Shown: piece by piece, positions 37,195 to 64,000 of the stretch
Numbering within the stretch: the first letter of the stretch is position 1
Layout: each line of letters opens with the position of its first letter
Source: Gracilinanus agilis
Taxonomy: Eukaryota
Length of the DNA stretch: 64,000 nt
Assembly (NCBI RefSeq): GCF_016433145.1
Contig: NC_058131.1
Coordinates: forward strand, 44,692,159-44,756,158
Direction of reading: 5' to 3'
Made by a program: the position numbers and the translations under genes
The notes under the pieces: generated by a model
The model's input: the letters and a program-made list of their open reading frames with translations, nothing else
What the model was told of the DNA's origin: nothing
Databases searched by the model: none

Positions 37195-38324
37195 GTATTT
37201 TCTTTTGACTACAGTTGTAATTGTCTTAGCTACATTAGTCATCCTCCCATGAATAATTCTAGAAAGCCAATTGATTAGAATCCACTGGGGAATCAAGCAA
37301 AAATGAAAAATTATCCAAATGGCAGAATCATTGGCAAATAAGAATTGTCCCTATGAAAAAAAGTTCAAGTCCTATTAGAAAGACCTTGGGTCAAAGTTCC
37401 ATCATTACTGCTAGAATGAACTCAATCTAATTTAATTTAATCTAGAAAGAGAAAATGTCTCTTTCTTTTAGATCTAGGTTTTTGACACTTTAATGAACAC
37501 AAGGCAACAGGATCTAATGCAAAAAATTGGAAAGATTTAGGCTCTATTCCCAAATATTTTAGGAGCTAGTGTATAGCCTTGGGCATGCAGATTCACTTCT
37601 CTGCTCCCTCCTACTGTAAGACACTATTTTCTCTACCAAGGCCCATTTTGTTTCCCTATTAAATTCCTTTCACATATAAAAATCTGATATCTTCATAATC
37701 AGTTGTTTTATAACTTTCAAAAGGTTATATCATCTGGATTAATAAAACCAGCAGTTATTTTATTGCCTATCATCCATTCAGAATTCAGAAGGAAATATTA
37801 GTATAGAAGCTACTATTCTTTTTAGGAAGATGGCATAATATAGAAAAAGGAACACCTGAATTCAAGTCCTGGATCTATATATATACTGTTGGCAACCCTG
37901 GGCAAATTAATCTTTCAGTCCTGTAGGCAAGATGATGAGTTGCAGAGAAAGAGCCACCTGCATTAGGAGAGGGAATTTCCTCATCTTGGGGTTTTGTCAA
38001 TGAAATCATAAACTGAGTCTCTATATCCCCTAAGAAGGCAGGAAAGAACTATTAATGAGAATCAGAACTTCAAAGAAGCACTCCCAAAAATCCTTAAGGA
38101 GAGATGTGACCAGAGTAATGATCCTTTTATAAATGGGGGCATGGTGTTTCTTTAGGAAAGAAGTTATATCATTGAGGCCCTGGAAGACTAGATTCCAGAA
38201 GTCCATAGGCCAACAGGATGAATTCTCTAATGCTATTCCTAATACAATCCAGCCTCTCAGATTTTCTTCTTTTGAGCTTGGGCTACTAGGGGAGGTCTAT
38301 TCCAGGAAAGATGGATATTTTGGT

Positions 38325-38810
38325 TGTGTGAATTTAATATAAATTGTACCCCCTTATTCCATTTGAAAACCCATTCTTGGTTGATATTAACCCCACCCTT
38401 TGACTGGCTATGCATATGTATTATGGGAGGATGTCAGGGGTCTCTGTGGATGGATACTTGGTGCCCTGACAGAACATCCTGGAATACAGAAGGGGCTGGT
38501 AGAAGTCCTGTGCAATGGGTGGAGTGTCCAGAAGCCAAGACTCAGACTGGCCTTGTCCAATCAGAGAGTCCCAGGAGGAGTGGAGAAAACTGGCTTTATA
38601 AGAGAGGGCCACAAGGAAGTCCTGCCTCTCTTGCTGGATGCTTGACATTCTCTCCCTTCTCTGGAGTGTTTAATAGGCACCCCCTGGCTTATCTCATGGC
38701 CAGCTGCTTGAGGGGATGTAGGTGATTGTGTGATCTTTCTCTCTCTCTCTTATCCTTATTAATGAATAATTATAAATTAATATACAATCTCCAAAGATTT
38801 TTTAATAACA
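38325..38810 (+). mobile_element. Probable solo LTR between HP and TXNL4B
   Basis: TG...AACA ends; CCAATCAG about 38557, TTTATAAG about 38594, pyrimidine-rich U5; TSD not cleanly resolved. Confidence 0.55.
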
Positions 38811-39207
38811 GGATTGAATTGAATAGGTACAGAATAACCCCCACACATAGAATAGTACAAATAGTAATTGTTACTTTATGGTCAAACAAAGGCACTATTG
38901 CAGAAATTTATAAGGATTTCAAGCTATTAAAAGACTCAGAAGGCTCCAGAACAAATTGTCTGTCACTGATAAGACTTACTTATCCTCCAGAAAGTTAGAA
39001 CAGAAGGTTAAGGTGAAAGAGATGAGCCTTAGGGATGAGTGAGAGGGAAGCAACTGCATAGGAATCTAGCATCATTAGTGACTTTTTTGGGAAAAAAAGG
39101 CCAAAGAACTTCCAATTACCTAGAAAATGAAAGGTCTTTTTTCTCTAGGGAAGAAATCAGCTTTATCATTTTCATTTTTGTTCTAATATGCATAATTCAA
39201 TCAGAAA

Positions 39208-39213
39208 TTTATT
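39208..39213 (-). terminator. Candidate TXNL4B poly(A) signal (AATAAA on minus strand)
   Basis: tttatt about 415 nt beyond the stop codon. Confidence 0.4.
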
Positions 39214-39627
39214 AGTTTCATGTTAAAGAATAACCTACATTCATTTACAGGAAATGATAAATTGGGTCAGTAATATTCTTCTAATCAGACACAAAGGGCA
39301 AGTTGGTGGAATGGGGATAGGGTTGGAATTTAAACCCAAATCCAACACTGACACTATTTAATATAATGTCCCAAATGTGTTTAGATAGTAGAAAATTAGG
39401 GCTCCAAGGTATCCTCAAATATTGACAAATTTTAATATGATTCATAATCAGGGTTCTGACACCATTTTAGAATTTGATATAAAATTAAAATGAGCAAGTG
39501 AGAGAGTAAGAGAGTGAGAGAGAGAGAGTGTACATTTCAGGAAAACAGGGTTTTGCAACAACCCATTTGTTTATATGTGTGGTTTTGAACTGCATTTATC
39601 TCTTCCACACAAGCTCAAGTAGATGCT

Positions 39628-39793
39628 TTAAATGCCTTGATAAAGAAGATCATACTTAGGAATGTTCTTGGGATCAATTGGACTTTGTACTATAAGTTTT
39701 CCCCTCATTGCTCCTCGATAGATAACTTCCACTAAGTCTATGAAGTCCTGTTTAGTTTTGAAACTTCCCACAAACTTGGTGTGATCTGGAGAC
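39628..39793 (-). CDS. TXNL4B: TXNL4B last coding exon
   Basis: tgtag| G TCT CCA GAT CAC ... TAA, 166 nt. Confidence 0.96.
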
Positions 39794-42293
39794 CTACAGG
39801 AAATAATGTAAGAAAGAAAGAAAGAACTCCATTTATAAAGTGTTCTGAAAAACTGAAATGACAAATTACTATCAGGGAGATCTTATACATGAAAGGCCTG
39901 GGGCTGGCCTTGGCTGCAAAGCCATAACATGGCTTTGAATAAAATTTGTTAGGGGTTATCTTAGCATAGAAATTTTGCATTTGAAAGATTTAACTTAAAG
40001 TTTCATGTAAAAGGTGATGAACTTAAACATTTTCTAAGTTATGTTTCATTGTCAAATTTACTTGCTATAGAGTAAGGGTAAGCAGAGCTATGCCTTTAAA
40101 ATACCCAATAGAAACACAGATAAACAGAAAACTCAACTGCAGCAACAATCAATGATACTGACTATTGTTTGTTTTAAATTCAGGGAAGTGTCTAGCAGAC
40201 TCCCTATGGACACGTGGGGACTTTGAGACTACATTTTCCATGATTCCTTTGGGTTTCCGGTTTCCAGTTTAAGGCGTGGGGACGTCCAGCGTCCCCACGT
40301 ATGGGGAAATTTAAATTTGGAGGAGGGCCTAGAGAAAGCCTCTTTCTGGGTTTTGCAGAGTGGTTGGCTGGCGTACCAGAGGGACAGGATGGGCTCAGGC
40401 AGTAAATGTAAAAGATAGGCGCGGTCATATATATATTTTACCAACATGGCCATGGCTTTAATTAAACTACTAATTTCTATTATTATATCAGTCTTTATCA
40501 TTTTTAATCGTAACACTATAAAGATCATGAATAGGAAAAAATTGTGTAAAAAGCACTGGTATGAGTTTTGTGCCGAGGAAGGATATTTAAGTTATATAAT
40601 AAGGTTCACTATATTCTTTTGTAAACAGAAATTATTTTCTGTAAGTTTAAAAATATTTATTAAACATTTTAGGTTAAAGAATACCTCAGTACAAACTTTA
40701 AAGAATTGCCTACATCTATCAGATTAAAAAATTTGTTAAGATTTTATAAATCATTCTGTCATTTTATAATAAAATATAACCAACTTAATAGGAATAGACA
40801 GTTAACAAAGATTCCCAGGAAAACCATTGACTCTCAAGAAAGTGTCAGCGTACCTTTTGATTTTTTTAAAGATGCTCTATTCTTCCCATTTTCAAGAGAA
40901 AGTATATAAGTATATATATTTACAAATATACAAAAACCTGTTTAAGTGACATTTTCTATTATATTTATTATGATATTTTTTTGTTCTGTGTGAAATGCTT
41001 AGGAAATTGCTATGGTTTTAGGGGAAAAATTTTTAAGTTCTTCCTTGAAATGAGAAACTTAGAGGATATCAATTGGGGAAACATTAGATCCCTGATTGAA
41101 TTATTTCAAGATTGTTATATGACAAAAATCATTTGTAAATACAACCAGCAAATTAAAGCATTCTGATAGTGCATTATTTCTAAGATTATGCAAACAAATT
41201 AATGTCAATTTCACTTACCCATAATCCACTTTCATATGCTGTCCATTGAAGAAAAAGACAGTAGATGGAATATAACTAATATCAAAATACTGGGTATAAA
41301 TTGGTGTCTGGTCCACATCTACTAAATATATCATAGCCATTTTACTTAAGTCATGAGAAGTCTTAGAAAGCTGTGGAATTGAAAAAGATAGAGGTTACAA
41401 AACAGGAAGAAGCTATTTGAGCTCTGTGATGTGTTTGAATAATCTGTTAAGAATCCTTGAACCAAGAGTGAGAGAAAATTCAATTCTGATTTTATGTTAT
41501 ATTAGGCATATGACTTAACCCTTCTGTGGGAGGGCCTGAAGCTGTCCACACATATTTTTATCTGGGGCAGGAAGTGGCAAAGTGCATAATGTGCTGGAGA
41601 CGAAGATGACCTGGGTTCAAATCTAGACTCAGGGACCTATTAGTTGGGCAACCAGGGGGAATTAACTCAGCCACTGTTTGCCTCAGTTTTTTTCAACTGT
41701 AAAAAATGGTTTATTAATAGTAACTACCTCCCAGAGCTGTTGTGAGGATCAAATAAGATAATATTTATAAAAAGCACTTATCACAGTGCCTGGTACATAG
41801 AAATACTTAATAAATGCTTATTTCATCCATTCCATTCATTCATCTGCTTTTTTTTCCTGTATACAATTTACAATGTTGACAATGGCAACATAAAAAGCAG
41901 AAACAATCTGTCCCTCCCCACCCACTGACCATCTTCTGCTTTGGGTACTTTGTGAAGACTCTACTCAAAATACTGAGAAAAATGAGCTAACTGTGTCAAT
42001 ATATTTTCATAGTTTACTGATTGTGTGAGATATGGTGTGAACTGCACAGAGGATAACCACAGCACATCTCTCTCTGGCCAATATTTTCACTATAGTCACT
42101 TTGAATATGGATTGTAGAGATATATAAGAAACCTAAAGAATTCTGTGTAAAACATACTTACAATGTCATCTATCTGCAGACAGACAGGATCCTCATCTCT
42201 TCCAAATCTGAGAACCAAAACTTTTTCTGCAGTACTTTTAATTGCTTGGTCTACTTCTTTTTTGGATGTAAGTTTGGGCAGCAGGAGACTCAT
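39628..42293 (-). CDS. TXNL4B: Thioredoxin-like protein 4B (Dim2/DLP); 3 coding exons, 450 nt, 149 aa
   Basis: Minus-strand exons 42293-42162 ([16 protein letters not shown]...DDI), 41370-41219 (LSKTSHDL...VDYG), 39793-39628 (SPDHTKF...LYQGI*); GT-AG introns. Confidence 0.97.
40166..40515 (+). mobile_element. Solo LTR (350 bp, class-I-type 4-bp TSD CTAT) in the last TXNL4B intron
   Basis: TG...CA; CTAT at 40162-40165 and 40516-40519; homologous to LTR 60567-60884. Confidence 0.85.
41219..41370 (-). CDS. TXNL4B: TXNL4B middle coding exon (not in ORF track)
   Basis: Hand-translated [51 protein letters not shown]; 152 nt; cag| ... GG|gtaagt. Confidence 0.96.
42162..42293 (-). CDS. TXNL4B: TXNL4B first coding exon (exon extends 5' to acceptor at 42330)
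   Basis: 132 nt coding; donor gtaagt; acceptor tttattttag 37 nt upstream of ATG. Confidence 0.96.
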
Positions 42294-43774
42294 CCTGGAC
42301 TAATCCAAGTATTAGTTCTCACTACCAGTCCTAAAATAAAGTCATAGGGTCAACTGAAGGGAAGTTGAGCTCAAAAGTAGAAGATCTATGCCAGATGAGA
42401 TTCTTCAGGTCTGAAGAATGTCTAGTTGAAGTCTGAGAATAACAGTTAAGTAACACAAAGTTACAATCAGTTTCCCACAAACCACATATCAAACAAACCC
42501 ACCAAGAATGTCTGTGGAAATCCTAGATTCAAAATCAGATTGTTCAAACCTACTGTTGTCACCCCCAGCAAAGGCTAAGTTTTCATAAAAGTACAGGGCT
42601 ATTTATGTATATAAAAGTATCTCATATTTATATAACTTAACAAAGTACTTTCCTGATCCTACAAGTAAAAATAAATCAACTGAAATAAAGGCAGCTCTTT
42701 GAATTGGTGCAGCTAGGTGGCAAAGTGTTGGCACTGGAGTTGAGGACCTGAATTCAAATATGATCTCAGATACTTACTAGCTGTGTGACCCTTGGGAAGT
42801 CACTTAACTTTGTTTGCCTCAGTTTCCCCATCTGTCAAATGAGTTAAAGAAGGAAATGAAAAATCAACCCAGCATCTTTGCCAAGAAAACCCCTAATGGG
42901 ATCACAAAGAGTAGGACAAAACTGAAAAGGCCTAAATAGCAAAAAGTTGAGGGGAAAGAGCTGAGGCAATCAATAAACAGTTATTAAGTGCCTGTTATGT
43001 GCCCGGTCCCATCATAGTATGCCCTAGACCTAGCTTTGTCACTATTTTTATCTGACTTTGAACAGGCTACACACTTGTGGTCCTTCCTTCCTATACAATA
43101 TTAGGCTGGATGACCTGTAAGTTCCTTTCCTGGATGTGATATGCCAGGAGGCTAGGAAACTATTGCAAAATACAAAAGTAGAAGGTGGACATATTGCTTA
43201 ATGCAGATCAAACAAATGACAATTAATTAACTTTGGCAATCCTGATACCAACGGTTAACCTTTCTTTTTCTCCCTCATTTCCTAAAGTATCACAGAGCAT
43301 ATGCCCAATGTAGATCTTTGGAGGATATTAAAAAAAAAAAAATTCTTTGATGCTTCTCAAGTATAATATAAAGATTATAAAATTTTACAGATATACAAAT
43401 AAACACATAAATATCTGTAAGAATTAAAAAATACATAATACAAAGAACGAGCTGGTGCAAGTTCGGAGAGGACCGAAAGTCTGGTCACCAGGTGAGAAAT
43501 GCTCTGGTTAAGCATTCAACGGATACGATTAATCGAGCGATTAATTAATTAGCGGTGCTTTAAGAGAGGGGAGGGGTGAAAGCAAAAGGGAAAAGAGCAC
43601 AGTTGTCATAGAGCAGGAGGAGGGGGACCATATGATGTCATTTAACTTGCCTTCCCCCATTTTACAGATGAAGAAACTGAGGCCAGCAGGATTGGCCCGG
43701 GGACAGGGGCGGAACCAGACTCAGGCTCTTGGGACCTCGGCAGTAGAGGGTCCGAGGGATCACACCTTCCTCAC

Positions 43775-43950
43775 CTCCATCCCCGCCCTCTCGGTCAGCC
43801 AGCACAGCCACCCTCCGCTGGTTCCTGCCAAGCAGCCAATTTGGCAGCGGGGCGCCACCGTTGCTTAGCAACCCCTAGAGATACAAATCCTTGGGCTGGG
43901 GTCACTGGTGAGGAAGCGGAAGAACGTTTTTGATGCTCATGCGCACGCAC
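43775..43950 (-). other. TXNL4B: Candidate TXNL4B non-coding exon 1
   Basis: Minus-strand donor GAG|gtgagg at 43774; the coding exon has an acceptor at 42330, so an upstream exon is required. Confidence 0.4.
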
Positions 43951-44379
43951 GCGCTTCCGCCTCGAGTTTCCTGGTTCGGCGCGCGCGCGCGTGCTCAGGT
44001 TCCCGGCGCTCTCAGCTGCTCAACTGACGGAAGATGCAGTACTCTTCCTCCCACGCACGCCCGACCGGAAATCTCCGGGCTTGGAACCACTTCCGCCTGC
44101 ATTTACCAATCATCAGTCCCGCAGCTTTGACGACAGCACCCAGGTCTCCCTCGCCTCTAAGGGCGGCGGTATACGATTGGCTGTCCACAAGAGTCGGAAG
44201 TCTCTGTGATTGGGGAGCCACAGAAGGCCGCTCTAGCCCTCCCTCCCCTGAGATGGTGGTAGTGGTGGTGGGGGGCCCCGCTAATTTCTGTCTCAGCTCT
44301 ATGGTTACCCGGCCGTTCTCGATGGTGCAGGAGGCCTGATAGAGCGGCCGCCGCGGGGCTTTGTGGGACGGGAATGGCA

Positions 44380-44498
44380 ACTTTAGAGACGTTCTCTTCC
44401 GTGGGATTCTGAGGCGACGGATGTGGGCCAAGTAGGGCAGCGGAGCCGGCGTCCGCGCAGCGCGAGCGGTGGGGCCGCGAAGAGCCCTGGGCGGCGTG
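44380..44498 (+). other. DHX38: Probable DHX38 non-coding exon 1 (5' boundary uncertain)
   Basis: Strong donor GTG|gtgagt at 44499; the next exon has an acceptor 19 nt before the ATG. Confidence 0.65.
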
Positions 44499-46258
44499 GT
44501 GAGTGACCGCTTTCTTCTCTTCAAAGGGCTAGCCCCAGACGGGGTTGCGGACCGGGGTCCGGGATGCCGGCCCTGTTTTGGTCCTTCCTCCCAGGGCCCG
44601 CAGAGCCTTTCCTGCCTCTCCGTCTCTCTTTTCTTGATTGAGGCAGCCGGCCAGAGCCCGAGACCAGCTTTGGGTCTGTCGGGTCACGTCTCTGGGCCTC
44701 GGGGGGCCCGCTCTGTACGATGCGGGGACTGGAGCCCTCCGTGCAGAGCCCCTCCCCCCTGGGTCACTGGGTCTGCCTCTTATTTTGGATGCGCTTATTT
44801 GCATATTGCCTTCTTTTTAGATTGTAAGCTCCCTGAGGGTCTGAGCTGGCTTTTGCTTTCTTTGTCTCCTACTGTACCTGGCACGCAGTAGGTGCTTAAT
44901 AAATGCTTGCAGTTGACTGAAGTTGTAAGCACTTAATTAGTGCTTGTTTTAGTGTCCTTGTTGCTTAGTTCCCTTGATTCCTCAAATTTAGAATCCTTGT
45001 CTCTACAACCTATTTATTTGATCCCCAGTTCTCTTCTCTTTATTGTTGAGTTTGTCCTTCATACAGACGTGGCAAAAAAACAAACAAACAAACAAACAAA
45101 AAAACCAAACAAAACATTCTGAGTTCCTGGAAAGGAATCTAGAGATTATCTGGTCAAATACTTTTGTTTTACAGATGAGGAAATCAAGGGTCAGAAAGGT
45201 TATAGAACTTGCTTGAGGCTGTGTAGCAGATAGCAGAGCCAGGATTTAAACTCAGACCCGACACTATACCAAAATTATTCACCATCTTCTGTAACCTTAA
45301 TTGCAAATGTCAGCCAATGAAAATGCTCTTCCACAGTTTTGTGTATGTTAATAGGAACTCTGTAGCTTATGGTGGTACTGTGTGCCCTGTGCCTAAATCC
45401 TTACCTTCCATCTTTAAAGAGCCAATACTGTGGATTATTTCCAAGGCAAAAGAGAGGTAAGAGCTAGGTAATGGTGGAAAAGTGATTTGTGGAGGGCTAC
45501 ACATCTAGGAAGTGTCTGAGGTCTCAGATTTGACCTAGGATGTCCAGCCTCTGTAAGGTGTAGCTTGTAATCCACTGTGCCAGCCACCTAGCTGCCGCAT
45601 GTCTTTTTTAAAAGTGTCTCATGGTGAAGGAGTGGAAGAGGTAACCTCAAGCATTCAGTAAGTTATGGGATGGGGTAAAAATAAGCATTTCACTGTATAG
45701 AAAGGATTAAATGGTTTTAGAATCATTGATGATTTTGTCATTAGAGGTATAGAAAGACTACTAGAACGCTATCCTTTCATTCTAAAAATTAAAGTAAGTT
45801 ACCATTTGACATTGTTACAGAGGTAGGCATATAGGGAAGGTCATTCTTGTTCTTTAGATAATCATATGCAGAGTAAATGTCTGATAAAATGTGGATAATA
45901 TGGTGGTAGTCCTCTCCTCCAGTACCTGCATTACAAAAGGACTTATTTCCGTTAATTTTCTGGTTTTTATATTAGAAGTGTAGAATTGTTGAAAGGATAT
46001 TCTTTTTGTTCCCTGTGGGGAGTAGGTGACATGTTGATCTTATTCCAATAAAACTTTTACTTGATGAGGTCTGTCTCTTGGATAAAACATTATCTTCTGG
46101 AACTCTTTTTGCATGTATGGGTTGGGTCTGGGCCAAATATAATTCAAGAAGTATACCCATTACTGAAGCTATTCTAAGGAACTTTGAAACTCTTTTGTTT
46201 CCCCTCTTATGTCTAATGCTTGATGATTTGCCTTTTCAGAGAGTTCCTTAATCCTGTG

Positions 46259-63906
<17,648 letters not shown>

Positions 63907-64000
63907 TGAGAGCAGGGCCTGGGGGAGGGAGGCAATGGGGTTCACATTGGGGGGAGTGGCTCAAGAGAGAAAAGACCCTTCCTTCAGTGAATGCTTTTTT

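Larger units (their letters stand above)
43680..44780. promoter_or_regulatory. TXNL4B/DHX38 bidirectional CpG-island promoter
   Basis: CpG-rich; NRF1-like GCGCACGCACGCGC about 43941, several ETS sites (CCGGAA, ACTTCCG), CCAAT boxes about 44105 and 44177, X-box 43860-43872. Confidence 0.9.

Noticed and set aside
44012-44891. Long ORFs (170, 140, 101 aa) across the bidirectional promoter
   Set aside because: Low stop-codon frequency in the CpG island; Pro/Arg/Gly-biased; no homology.

Overview
Marsupial genomic DNA, very probably the gray short-tailed opossum Monodelphis domestica (SINE1_Mdo-type, Mar1/MIR, L2 and marsupial L1 repeats; no Alu/B1). It covers the conserved DHODH - HP - TXNL4B - DHX38 block. 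Reading splice sites by eye gives DHODH (+, 9 coding exons, 395 aa), a single haptoglobin (+, 5 exons, 348 aa, no HPR), TXNL4B (-, 3 coding exons, 149 aa) and DHX38/PRP16 (+, 25 coding exons; the last exon lies beyond the window). TXNL4B and DHX38 share a CpG-island bidirectional promoter. Almost all other ORFs in the supplied track are spurious. Introns and intergenic DNA are rich in SINEs, LINE fragments, hAT/Tigger MITEs and about eight LTR-derived elements. Most notable: (1) a 288-bp TG...CA palindrome in DHODH intron 2, built from two head-to-head copies of the SAME LTR (U3) end and flanked by a 4-bp TSD, a possible integrase-mobilised fold-back mini-element; (2) natural substitutions in the DHODH inhibitor tunnel, including Thr58; (3) changes in the haptoglobin Hb-binding and CD163-binding loops; (4) an LTR family carrying a ZNF143/THAP11-type motif; (5) a perfect DR5 element upstream of HP and an RFX X-box in the bidirectional promoter. 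Comparisons with human proteins, exon sizes and repeat consensuses are from memory and were not computed.
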